Under the pieces are notes generated by a model that made no database searches, had not been told where the DNA came from, and saw only the letters and a list, made by a program, of their open reading frames with translations. A DNA stretch of 64,000 bases from assembly GCA_973851085.1 (NCBI GenBank), contig OZ316776.1, positions 15,934,001 through 15,998,000 on the forward strand. The letters run 5' to 3'. The DNA comes from Ptychomitrium polyphyllum. Lineage: Eukaryota. Below, piece by piece: positions 52,001 to 64,000 of this stretch; the stretch's first letter is position 1, and each line of letters opens with the position of its first letter. The position numbers and the translations under genes are program-made.

Positions 52001-55000
52001 GCCACCTTGTTTTTAAATTTTTTTCCTGCTGGTGGTTTGCATGAAACGCACACTTCAGACTAACTGCACCATTTCAGTCTCTAGCTTGTTTTGGTCCTCT
52101 TGGGAATTGACTACTTTTTGGCAATCATTCGGCAGACCCGCAGTGAAGAGATTGAAGCTGTGAGAAAACTCAAGGCAAATGTGAGTTCTCTTATCGGAGA
52201 ATTGAACGGTGTGCAATTTTCATACAACAATCCGTCCCGGGACTTCGACCACTCCAGAGTGAAGGGGGTTGTAGCTCGTCTTCTTAAAGTGAAGGACCCC
52301 TCTACTATGACAGCGCTCGAGGTGACTTTGCTTGAACTGTGCTGTGAACTTCAGAACTGCCTATTCTTGTAGGGCTTTGTTAGAGGAGCACATTCTGATA
52401 GTCATTACGGTATGGTTTTCTCGTTCTCGCTGCTATTTGATGATAAGCTCGAGTTATGTCAAATTGAAAGTTCCTTAGTTGAGAAATCTTTTGTTTCCTT
52501 AAATCTTAGACTCTGATCGATCTAGTGGTCAATCTCAACAGGTGACAGCTGGAGGAAAGATGTTTAACGTCGTCGTGGATAGTGAGCAAACTGGTAAGCT
52601 GCTACTAGAGAAAGGTGGTCTTCAGCGTCGAATAACTATCATCCCTCTCAACAAGATCCAGGCGTCGGGAGTGCCTACTAGGGCTCAAGCAGCAGCTACT
52701 AAGCTTGTAAGTTTTGTTTCTTCTTCAAGTTCTGAATTCAATATGCCTGGTTCATCATCTTCGAGTATTATCTGAGGCCTTGGTGTCCATTTTGTCTGAA
52801 CTTTGTGATATCCAACAAATCGAGATGCTTGACCAGCCTTTGTATTCACATGCCTTCTACTGGTTCATGAAGTTCACTCGTCCAGTATTTTGATTATCGC
52901 TTCTTGTTCCTAGGTGGGATCTGAAAATGCAAGAACTGCACTGTCTCTCGTGGGATACGAAGAGGAGATAGAGGTACAATCATTCTCTGGCATTGCAATC
53001 CAAGTTGATTCTGGACAACTCAGGGAACTCCAAGTCAAGCAGCTTTTTGATCCTGTTTGTGAGCTTCGAGGATATCAATGTTTAACGGTCGTTATCTGAT
53101 TGTACGTGTGCCAGGCTGCCATGGCCTTTGTTTTTGGAGGGACATTTGTGTGCACTGACATGGATATAGCCAAGCAGGTGATTTTTCTGCAAGCAGTCTT
53201 CTCTCTTTAGTATATGCGAGTCTTTGAGACACTGGATTATGTGATCCCATTTGTGTCTGGATTTTTCTTATGCGGATTGTAAACGCGTCTTGTCCCATCT
53301 ATATGCTGTTTCTGCAGGATTCCGGTCTTCTCTGCTGAAAACAATCGACTCCCTGTGAGTTGGTTTTTATGTACTTTTTTATACGTTGTCTTATAGGTGG
53401 CATTTCACAAAGATGTGATGACAAGGTCCGTAACCCTTGAAGGCGATGTTTTTGAGCCAAGGGGTCTTCTCACAGGAGGATCCCGCAGGTAAGTCCTCTC
53501 ATGGACTGTGTAGCTTACTATCAGTTTTGAAAACACTTTTCGATTTTTCTGCACGAAAGCTACTCTTGGAGTTACTAAATAAGTATTTTAACCTGTAGGG
53601 GTGGTGGTGAGCTCCTGAAGCGGCTTCATTCTCTGGCACAAGCTGAGGAAAACTTGGCTCAACACACACGGAAGCTCTCTGAAGTTGAAAGTGAAGTAAA
53701 TACTGCTGCTCACGATCCCACTAGCTACATTAGCTACTGTGTATTTTAGCAAATATGACCTTTATAAATGATCTCCCTGTAATGTATGTCAATCAAAGGA
53801 CTTACCAGAGTGATGGTATTTAACGCACCATAAATGCCTCCGTGAGGTCATAAATGTTCGGTGACTCACAACATTTCTACGCTTCTGGTGTTTGCAGATT
53901 GCATCTCTAGCTCCTGTGCAAAAGAAATTTGCTGAACTCAAATCTCAACTGGAGCTTAAGATGTATGATCTGTCTTTATTTGAAGGTCGAGCTGAGCAAA
54001 GCGAGCACCACAAGGTATGCATTTGTCATCTAGGTGACTATTGTACAGTTACAGGTTGTTTATCTGCAAAGTACATGTGAGTGACTACCCTATTTCACTT
54101 TCAACTCATGTAACCCTATTTGGGAATTCTGGACAGCTGGCAGAAGTAGTTGCATCTATGACCACTGAGCTGGAGACCGAACAAGCGGAGATAGGAAAAA
54201 GGGAAGAAGAGCATAAGGAGTGCGTGAACACCGTGTCCATCCTGTCGGAAGCCATTAAAAACCATGGGCGAGATCGGGAGAACCGCCTTTTAGCTTTGGA
54301 GAAGGAAATCAAATCACTGAAGAAGGAAGTGGCCTCTGTCTCGAAAGAGTTCAAAGTACCTGATCAGCAGCCTGTTAAACTTCTCTAGTGTCGATTTGTT
54401 GTGTGAATAGTAATCATAGTTTACTAGGCCATGTCGAATATCTTTTCTATCTCCGAAGTGTATGATACATTTGCGTTTTTCCAGTGATGACCTGATTCAA
54501 ATACTTGTGCTACTGTTCTGGGATGCTTGTAGACTCAGGAGGCCGCAAGAGAGAGGTTGATTATGGAGAAAGATGTGGCAGTCGAAGAAATGCAAACTTT
54601 GAAAACAGAAATCACTGCTATGGAAGGCCAGATCAAGATTCTCGAAGAAGCGCTTGGCCAGTTGGAAGCTAAGGTAAATTAACTTTAGTAGATAACTTGG
54701 CACGTTGGGCCGGTGAAGGAGATATTACGGAAGCAGCGTCTTACTGTCGTGCCAGTGCCGAGTACTTAACAGTGGGCCTATAATTATGAGTCTTACAGTA
54801 TCTTAGTTAATCCTACAGGCTCTAAGATCAATCCTCTCGTTTATTAATGGTGGTTTTGATTGCTGAGCAGCCTAGTGGCTTCCGAACTCTGCTGGTCCTA
54901 AAGCAAGTAAATTTTCTTCCTATCTCATGGTACTACATGCTTACTTTGTGACACAGAGAGACGCTATTGAATCTGAGTATATGAAGGCTAATGGCGAGCT

Positions 55001-57337
55001 TACCAAGAACCGAGAGAAACTGAAAGCCTGTGATGAACAAATTAGTGCGTTGATCAAAGAGCAGGGTCTTCGGAAGCTAGAGCTTACGGATTGCATTCTG
55101 AATCAGAAAAGACTTGATAACGAGGTTTGCTGCCGGCTCGCTTTCTTCTTTTCTGTATATGAATCGAGTTTCTGATGGATAGATGAATGCAAGTACTCAA
55201 TGAATGCGCTGCCAAATCTAGTTGCTTGATCAGTTGTTATTGAGTCTAAGTAATAGTATGGGTTTGCGGTTTATCACGTACATAATATCCCATCTTTGGA
55301 AGTTCATTCCAGGTATAGGCGTGATGGACGTGGAGAGCTGAACAGCCTAGTGTGCTTCAATATGTGACAGGTGAAACGCATGGAAAAAGAACAGCTTGAG
55401 TGCGGGAAGACCGTGGAGAAATTGCAGGAGACCCATCCATGGATAGCTACTGCGAAGCAGCTATTTAATAAACCTGGGACAGACTTTGACTTCTCCACTC
55501 GGGATTATGATTCTGCTCGCCAGCAGCTGGATGCATTACAAACAGAGCAAAAAAAGTATGTCTAACGTCCTCTTCTGGCTACTACAAACATCGAGTTCAT
55601 GCGGCTGGCATGTCGATTCAAGCTCAGCATCGTATTGTGGACTTTCTGGTTTATATAATACATGCCATCTTAGAGACACGATGCTGCTTACCTATTCTGT
55701 TGTAATCTTAAGCTGTGACTTGATTTTTGTTCTGCAGTATTGAAAAGCGAGTCAACAAGAAGGCAGAAGCTATGTTTGTTCAAGCTGAAAAGGATTACAT
55801 TGACCTCTTGGACAAAAGAGGGATTGTTGAGGTACCTTTTAAAGGCTACATAATTATGATTAATGTTTATTACACATGCTAATGTTTTCAAAACTGAATA
55901 TGGCCGGCACAATAATCACGTTGCAACTGTGAATGTAGTAATGCTTTATTAATCTAAGCATATGGGTGCTGTGAGGGGTTTACTTGGTGAAGTAGACAAG
56001 CCTGGCCGGAGTAGGATTGCAAGCGTTGTTGGTCTCGATAATGTAGTCATTGTCCAATATTGTGTTAGCTGACCCGTGTGGTCATATTTAGTTACATGCT
56101 ACTTCACCTGGAGATATTGTTGTTGAGCACTCGAATTTTTTTAGAAAGTTTTTGTGTGAAGGTCAAGATTCACTCACAGGGTTTGAAGTTGACATTAAAG
56201 ACTGTCTGTGCAGGGTGACAAAAAGAAAATTCAGAAAGTTATCAATGAGTTGGACGAGAAGAAAAAAGAGGTGCTTCAGGGCACCTGGAATAGCGTGACT
56301 AAGTAAGTTAGCTAGTTGTATAATTCAAAGCAGTAACCAGAGCGGGATTTGTTGAGCTCTAACGAGGTTTTCATATTCCCATCTAGTTTTCGTTGAATCT
56401 GAAGGCCATCTCGTGGACTGCATATGTTTTCAGTTTTGAGCATACTGTTGTGAATATAGCATGCGAATTGTAAAAATCTTGCGTTGCGTGTGGTTTCCAG
56501 GGATTTCGGCAAAATATTCTCCACTCTGCTACCCGGAACAACTGCTAAACTTGAGCCCCCAGATGGTGCGAGTTTCTTGGACGGGCTTGAAGTGAAGGTT
56601 GCATTTGGAGGTGTTTGGAAGCAATCACTTTCAGAGCTTAGTGGTGGCCAGAGGTCCTTGCTGGCGCTGTCTCTCGTCCTCGCCCTGCTTTTATTCAAAC
56701 CTGCTCCATTATACATTCTTGATGAGGTGAATTTCTGACGAATTCTCCCTTTGCTAATGTGTCTGTAGCATTAGGTCTTGGTGAGAACAATTACACGAAC
56801 TCTGTCCAATGAGACCACGGTCTCATTCGAGAGTTACCTTTTGTTCACCACTGGAAAGCCTTATTAAAGGAGACACTTTTTAAGATTCAGAAATGGTGCA
56901 TTTTTTCTGTTTTTGAACGAGTTGGAGGAATTGCGTGCTCGAAATATCGCAGGTGGATGCTGCTCTTGATTTGAGTCACACGCAGAACATTGGTAGGATG
57001 ATCAAAGAGCACTTCCCTCACTCGCAGGTATGCAGCTTCACTGGATGTCCCCCGTAAGGTTTATTTGTCTTAAAAACCTGACCTTTCCAGCAGCCGTTAA
57101 TACTTCTGTAAAGATCTTGATGAAATGAGAAGTTTTCGAAAGGCTCACAGTGTCCTCTCTCTTCTTTTCTTGGTCAGTTTATCGTGGTGTCATTAAAGGA
57201 GGGCATGTTCAACAACGCAAATGTCATCTTCCGGACCAAATTTGTAGATGGAGTCTCAACTGTTACAAGAACTGTACCAGGTGGAAGACAGGCTCCTTCT
57301 AAAAATCAAAGACCCACCCTTGAAGAAACATCTCAAG
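49040..57337 (+). CDS. SMC2: Structural maintenance of chromosomes protein 2 (condensin core ATPase), multi-exon; the last short exon/stop after 57337 is uncertain
   Basis: [15 protein letters not shown]; Walker [51 protein letters not shown]; hinge [10 protein letters not shown]; signature [22 protein letters not shown]-box [28 protein letters not shown]. Confidence 0.97.
49418..49460. repeat. Imperfect (GTT)n microsatellite in SMC2 intron 1
   Basis: gtgttgttgttgtggttgttgttgttgctgtggttgctg. Confidence 0.75.
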
Positions 57338-58472
57338 GTATGAACTATGAACCTCCTCCTGGATTTTCTTGTTTACGCCAGTCAGGATTCACCTTGGTTG
57401 TCAGAAACATCAATCTGTAAAAATATCAGAACTTAAGTTTTGTAAATCTTGGTTTGAGAGGTGAGCCTGGTCTTCGCAACGCTAAATCTTTGAGTATTAA
57501 TGTGTAACATGGTAACTTGCCATATCCCACAATATGGTGAATTCATCTTTGACGTGTTACTTGTCCAGCTGATGCTGATTGATCATTTCCTTGCTATAAT
57601 GCATTGATTTGTCTTTGTTTACAGCTTTCGACTCCCAGACAGCCTTTTAAAGACAAAGATGTGCGTGCATGCGTGCATTGGTCAGATAATACAATGTGTG
57701 AAGGATTCTTCCAGAATCTGTACAGAAGACACCCTTGCTGCACTTCGCGTGCACTTTTCAGTTACTGTAATATAGTTTGTAACATCGATAGTTTGCTTTA
57801 CAGTCGTGACTTTCCTGCAGCGTTTTGAGGGTTTAGGTATGTAGGATGTTCTCAATTCAAAGATTATCCCATTCTGTAGGATGGGATCTGTAACTACTCT
57901 GTGATTATACTTGATACAAGTAGGTAGCTACTCTGAGGATAGTGCTGAAACCAAAATAATTTGTCAACCGAACAACCCTTTCATCGAACTTGTGTTCAGG
58001 TTGTAGATCTGAGTTCAGGGTTCTGGACTTTGCCAGTCGTTTACAACAATTTAACCATAACCCTTCTGTATTCTGATTCCATTTTATTCGATTTGCTATT
58101 TTTCACTTTTATTTAAAATAAATTAGATAATAATAAAAATAGGTGCGTTTTGAAAACATTTGAAGGTGAAAGTACTCTAACATGAAACGAAATATGCAAC
58201 TAAAGTGCGATTTTCTAATAGTATAAACGAAATCTGACTTCATAACGTTGACCTGAAATAACTCATTGGTTCAGATCTCAAATTTTCATTGACCGAAAAT
58301 GACTTGAAATGACATAAATTTTAATGACAAGAGGATCTCATATTGACCTGAAACACTTCGCTGGTTCAGTTCCCAAATTCATGCAAATCAAAAAAATTCA
58401 GCGAGATTTCAGTATTAAGTTAAAGGAGCCTGGAAATGATAAGCCAGCTTTTTAAGTATGTAAATTGTAGTT

Positions 58473-59361
58473 TCAGTTACTTGGTTCTTCCTTAGAGCCC
58501 TGAGGGACTGCAGGGAGATCAGCTCCAAAATTCTCCTGCTTCCTGACTACTGTTGTCATCAGAGTTTCTGCCTTCTTGTTCCACTCGTCCTCCAGCTGAG
58601 CTTTCGCTTCATCACCTATTTGGTCCACAAACTCAACTGCCGCTCGCTCCTGGAACATAACAAGAATGTTGAGCTCACATTACACTGCAAGTAACACAGC
58701 GATTCCTCTCCTCTTTGGTTGAGAACGAAACTCTTATACAACATTCAATCCAGAAATTTGCAAATCAATGTCAACGTACGACTTGAACAACCACAACCAG
58801 TACTTGCAAAGCTAATCGCTGACTAATAAAGATAAGCAGATTGCAACTAACACCTCAATCTTTCATTACTGTTTTCATACTCAAGAAATGCAGAACAGAC
58901 AAGAGGAAATCAATACCGCCGCAGTCAAGTTCTCCTTTAGTTGTGCCATCTGCGCAACAACCATATGAACCTCTTGGAGTGCTGTTTCCTCACGATACTT
59001 CTCCTGTGCGAACCTGGCCTCTCGAAGCTTCACCCATTTTTGAATTAGCTCAAACCCTAAAGACTAAGGGACCTGAGGTCATCAACTAGCATGTGAACTT
59101 GCTCCGGTTTGAGAAACTCTTTTCAGTGAGTTCGATGACTTCAGATATTCGAACCGAACAAACTCCAACTCTGTACATTAATTCCCACATAGATGACACT
59201 CAGCATTTCCAGAAAACATAACACTTCCGAGGAGAAGCACATCATACCTTAGCAACCTGTGCGTTGATCTCCATGGTGCGCTGTCTGACTGTATCATCGG
59301 GTGGAAGCCCCCTAAGCACACGCACAATCTCTCTCACCCGGGTCGTAAATCTGGAAATCAT
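58473..59361 (-). CDS. Uncharacterised ~145-aa helical protein; exons 59361-59248, 59063-58917, 58649-58473
   Basis: Three phase-0 exons with GT-AG sites join to MISRFTTRVREIVRVLRGLPP..AK-SLGFELIQKWVKLREARFAQEKY..LTAA-ERAAVEFVDQ..EEPSN*. Confidence 0.6.
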
Positions 59362-59567
59362 GTTGCGACGCAGTCCGTGACAGCCCACTGCTACGCTAAC
59401 GTCTCATGGCCCCTGCACCATAGAAATTCACCACGGCCATAAAACACCGTTGCTTGCAGATCCTCCAAAACCCTGCCACCATACCCACGTCAGATCATCA
59501 TCGTCAAGATCATGAAACCTGCAACCTAGAGACGAAACTCCCCAACAGCAAACGAATTCCCCGAAAA

Positions 59568-59645
59568 CCCCTAAATCCTAAAATACTTCAGCCCTAAAAT
59601 ACTTAAACCCTAGAACCCGAAAATCATAAAATCTTAAACCTTAAA
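59568..59645. promoter_or_regulatory. Cluster of degenerate telomere-like/telo-box repeats (CCCTAAA, AAACCCTAG) upstream of the small orphan gene
   Basis: ccctaaatcctaaaatacttcagccctaaaatacttaaaccctagaacccgaaaatc...aaaccttaaa. Confidence 0.5.
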
Positions 59646-62435
59646 GCGTTGGCACAAAAACTGAAAACATTTCTTTCCAAACCAGCACAAGCTCATCAGA
59701 ACTCAGAGACAGACCCGGAAACTTGGCGGAGCTTCTCAAAGTGACGAACTAGTTGATGTACTGTAGAGCCCTAACAATATTTCAAGAAAACCCAGGTTCT
59801 AAAAAATTTCATGATTTAAAAAAAAATTTGTTTGAAAAGAGTAGATTATATTAATGTAAGAAGTGGTGGAATTTACTCGATATAGATTGTGAGGGGAGGA
59901 CGCCTACGAACCAAGTGTAAAGTGGATACGCGACAATTCATGTAAAAAGGAAGTGAATGTAGATCCTAATTTGTGAATTACAAGAGATTGGTGAAGTTAT
60001 CACTTGTATTTGTATCTTTGGCTATGGTAAAGATTGCAAATTTTATGCAACAAATGAAGTTGTATAAAATGGAAATGAATCATCAAATTCTAACACTATT
60101 GAGTAGTTTGAAAACCACTTTTTGATCAACATTTGGTAACAATAACTAAGCATACTTGGCAATGGCATTTAGCTCAAAGAATTCATGCAGTAGATGTGGC
60201 ATGTGCTCAAGGGTGGTGGCACCAATAATCTTTATTGAATCTGCTTTCGAAAAGGATACTCGCTCAATTGTCTTAGAACACTATGTTGCCAGAAGCTTCC
60301 TTGCAGAGAAAGTTTTAAAAGTGAGAAAAACTTTTGCTTCTGTGAAAAATTCAAAAATGGAGTATTGAATCCATGAGGATGTACATACCAACTAAACTAA
60401 TGAATATTCATTGCACCTACATCGGGGTATCATAGTAGGTGCCATGTTATTCTTTTCTCATTGTGCCTTGGAGCCATGTACAGCGACAACTTGCATTCCT
60501 TGTGCAACTCAGATACAGGTAAACAGTCTTTAAAATCCTTGGCAGGTCACTCCTTATGCCGGCACAGCTCATAGACCAATTGACTGCGAAACACCGCAAT
60601 GACGTTGCTGAAACCACGTCACTCAAGAGAAATCTCTCATTAGCTCTGATATTATGAAGCCCTCATACATCGAGCAGTCATAAATGAGGGTGCACCAGTG
60701 CATGAGTATTCAACGATTGGTTATAACCAGGCAATACGCAAAAGTAGAAACAGAAACAGACTCTTATGCGGCTGGCTCTTCAATTCCCAACAGATCAGAC
60801 CGGCTGAAGTTGCCAACTTGCCATGCGTGTCAGTAGAGTGAAGCGCCAGAATGTCTATGTGACGCTTTGTTGCACCATGATTACAATCGCTCGTGGGACT
60901 CACTGTAATGATACCTGCTCCTATGACTTCAGTGACCAAAGAACTCATGCTGAGATTCCGGTTTTGAGTTTTCTCTACAATATCAATACTTCAGCATATG
61001 CACGTTCCAGATCGTCTCAAGGAAGACCAAGCTTGTTGGTGAGCTATCTTATGAAAGGACGTCTTGGAATAGCTATCAAAGAGCAACTGAGCATGGTATC
61101 TATCTTAAATGTAATTACCAGCATGGCAACGGCGACTGACATAGGCCTTTGTCAGTGGATGATCACTCCGCAGGCATGCCAAGAGCATCGAAGAGGTAGC
61201 GTAAGACGTTTAGAGAGCATGCACAGGGGCAGTACTACCATGGCATCATTTGATGCAATTTAGGCGGCTGCATTTAAGTTAAGAGTTGATTAGTGCTCGC
61301 AGCCAAGTTGCCGTAATACACTCGTCTTGGTCGTGAGGACTGGATGTAATCTAATTGCAGTTGTAAGTTTATATTGTTCGCTGTCTTGACCCAGTGTTGC
61401 CTCACCTGTAGCTTCATGTGCGACTGCTGGCCTGCTCTTAGAAGTTAAAGATCCGCTTCGGGTTAATCTTGATTCCAGCAGGTCACAATTCTCAGTGCCC
61501 ACGTCCATCTCGTGTACAATGTTGTCCGTGACGTGAGTTAGTGTGAGTCATGAGCTGCTCAGGACTTGGAATTGGACGTGATAGTACAGGCAGCCATGGC
61601 AATTGAAGCATGAGTTGCTTGGTTTTTGAGCACAAACTGGCAAGTCAAGTAATGTATGCACTTGATTCTTCTCCTGGAAAGTTGCCGTGTTGCTTGATCT
61701 TGTAACTTTCCATCGAGCATATACGCGTGCCTTCTCTGCATGAGTCGCACGTAGCTGCTGTGCTAACCCTGTTCTTGTCGGCCGGAGGGGGTTCCTAAGC
61801 GGCATATCGGCTATGCAGCTAAAGATTGTGTAGATACTCTATCCAATCGTAAGAAGGTTCCATGGACAATTCTTTCGGCTTTGTACTATGGTTGACTGGA
61901 CTCAGTCGAAAGATGACGAGGTGGTTCCGTGGACCACAGAGGCCGTTCACAGAATCAACTCAACGTGGTCTTGACTCCTCAGTACCTTTTCGTAATCTGA
62001 AGGATACGGTCGAAATTGACCTTGACAGCAAGGAAAACGCCAATATGGCGTGCGATCTCTCAGGCATCACCGGGATACAGGTGGGTGTGTTCCTCTTCGA
62101 CCCTGTAATGACCGTACATGTTGCTACCGCTAGAAATGGGAAAGAGATGACTCATGTATATTATCCCTCATTAGAGAGATGTGATCGACGTTCTTGGTAC
62201 AAACGTTTAGTGGTATGATGTTATTTTTTAGGCGGTGCTTCCATAGTCAGAATTCGTCGAGGTATGGCGAAAGTAAAGCGTCCTTAGGAAGGAAAGCGCG
62301 CGCTTCGAGTCCAGTAGGGAACGGGTTGTTCTGATTCCTGAACAGGACTAACTGGTCATTCAGCAGATGAAACCATTATGATGGTCGTAAAAAGGTATTC
62401 GAATGCAGTAACTTATCTGTGAGAGATGGTCAAGT

Positions 62436-63857
62436 GTGACATCTGGATCGCAGGAACCAGATAACTCTCTGACTAAGCATACACATCTTTGCTGTTTGAA
62501 GGACTATTATACACTGGGCACCAACAACGCTGCATCCATTGAGAGCGATGCGCTGGCAATGCTTGTGCCTGCATCATCGACTTCCAGCCAAGATGACCAG
62601 TGGCAGGCTGGTTTTACAAACTGTTTAGTGTCGAATTTGAGGCTTTTGAATTCCAGTTCAGAGCAATTAGAGAAGAGGATTCAGGAGGTTACTCTTGAGT
62701 TGAAGAATTCCAAAGAGCGTCCAGATTCCCTGTGTCAGTTACCTAGAGAGCAAACTTCTCTGAGCTCTTCTCCGACAGAATTGCAGCATTTTAATGAAGG
62801 GCTCATCAAGCAGCTGCTTAGTGACCTGAAGGAGAAGATAGATCTATGTAAGAAGCAGACAGCTAACATTGCCGCAGGAATACAAAAGCTGAAAATCGAT
62901 TCGGAGAAAAAGCTTCGTTGTAGTCAGGAGGAGATTACGGCGAGCGCTACGGAAGTGCAACGGCTCAAGACCAACATCGAAGAGAAGCAGAAAGGTGAAG
63001 AGGAAATGAAGACAGAGAGAAGCCAGCTGATGACCGAATTCCTGAAGCTGCAGGCGCAGCTTACCGTATTTGAGCAAAAAGCTGCACAAGAATCATTGAA
63101 TAGTGGCTCTTACTTAGACGACCATGCAAATCCGCGCATGCTGCAGGATTTTGCTTGCAAGAATGTGGATAGCGCAATTGAGGCCCTTGCAAAGTTGCTG
63201 CACAACAGCTCCATCACAAGGAGCTGTTCAAGTGACCCGGAAGGGGTCGATCGCTTCGTACGTAATATCAGCCCGGCAAGCCCAGCATGTTTTTCAAGAA
63301 CAATCCAATTGAAGTATATCTGGAGCTACTGGATATGCTTCTTCATGTTTCAGAGGTTTGAAGATGTCTTCTTTGATGTAGGTTATGGGCTAGTTACCTC
63401 GCCCTTGGACGCCAAGCGGCATATAGTGTCATGCTTTCAAAGCTTTCACAAGAAGAAAGACATGTCATCTTCGGCTTTACACGAAGAATGCAAGTCGTTT
63501 CGAGAATTTTGTCAGCATAAGTATGCTCTTGTGTTTCCCCAATTACTCATCCAAGAGGCGTTCCATTCAAACTGGGGACGGGAGATTGCTGATGAAGTAT
63601 CCAAATCCTTCTTGGAAGTTGCGAAAGCAGTTTGGCTGCTTCATCAACTGGCATTCTCATTTGATCCTCCTGCGACTATTTTAAGGATGTCCCCGGGCGA
63701 ACCGTTTGACAAACAATTCCACGAATCTGTGATTCACGATGAAGATAACGATGGGTCTTCAAAGGTGGTGCTGCTCATGATAAGGCCTGCATTTCGTGTC
63801 AGAAAAACCATCATCCGAAGCCGGGTGGTTTTGTCGATGAAGTCTCAAGTGACCTGA
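62436..63857 (+). CDS. Coiled-coil protein with a GIL1/IRKI-type C-terminal domain; 5' exon structure unresolved (possible upstream exon 61862-62080)
   Basis: Long open exon with a heptad-rich middle. The C-terminal FREFCQHKY..FLEVAKAVWLLHQLAFSFDPPATILRMSPGEPFDKQFHESV..VLLMIRPAFRVRKTIIRSRV matches the GIL1/IRKI family pattern. Confidence 0.8.
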   Translation: MTSGSQEPDNSLTKHTHLCCLKDYYTLGTNNAASIESDALAMLVPASSTSSQDDQWQAGFTNCLVSNLRLLNSSSEQLEKRIQEVTLELKNSKERPDSLCQLPREQTSLSSSPTELQHFNEGLIKQLLSDLKEKIDLCKKQTANIAAGIQKLKIDSEKKLRCSQEEITASATEVQRLKTNIEEKQKGEEEMKTERSQLMTEFLKLQAQLTVFEQKAAQESLNSGSYLDDHANPRMLQDFACKNVDSAIEALAKLLHNSSITRSCSSDPEGVDRFVRNISPASPACFSRTIQLKYIWSYWICFFMFQRFEDVFFDVGYGLVTSPLDAKRHIVSCFQSFHKKKDMSSSALHEECKSFREFCQHKYALVFPQLLIQEAFHSNWGREIADEVSKSFLEVAKAVWLLHQLAFSFDPPATILRMSPGEPFDKQFHESVIHDEDNDGSSKVVLLMIRPAFRVRKTIIRSRVVLSMKSQVT

Positions 63858-64000
63858 TATGGTGATACTCGCACTTACAAAGTGCCTGAGAGCAACAGTG
63901 TCCTCGGAGCAGAGTAAGATGCAGCTCTTGTAGGCAGGCTTCCTTGGGGTCTTCACCTGTCCAAATTCTGCCATATAGTACTCTTGCAACGAGCTTGTAA

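Noticed and set aside
60823..61805. ORFs of 146 aa (+) and 85 aa (-) as genes
   Set aside because: No recognisable motifs, and no consistent splice model could be built.

Overview
Eukaryotic, intron-rich nuclear DNA from a land plant, most likely a moss. The inference rests on the Cys-less bryophyte-type germin, a GcvR-like gene, an AK1-like kinase, and AT-rich intergenic tracts between compact genes. Twelve protein-coding genes can be built by hand with GT/GC-AG splicing: germin-like protein, DDB1, a plastid-type five-bladed beta-propeller hydrolase-like protein, a START-domain protein, an uncharacterised Ser/Thr-Pro-rich protein, a plastid GNAT acetyltransferase, a two-ACT-domain GcvR-like protein, peroxisomal citrate synthase, an adenylate/NMP kinase, condensin SMC2, a small orphan protein, and a GIL1/IRKI-like coiled-coil protein. 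The Ser/Thr-Pro-rich gene also has a decayed tandem copy. The most striking inference is that this gene (28424-30573, - strand) resembles Ask1 of the DASH/Dam1 kinetochore complex, which is classically considered absent from land plants. Second is a bacterial-type GcvR-like protein with an organelle-like leader, head-to-head with citrate synthase. Smaller signals include a U12 minor intron, a GC-AG intron and an intronic exon copy in DDB1, a 19-bp minisatellite, a possible hAT relic and a recurring promoter motif. All homology calls are from recalled family motifs; no searches were run.
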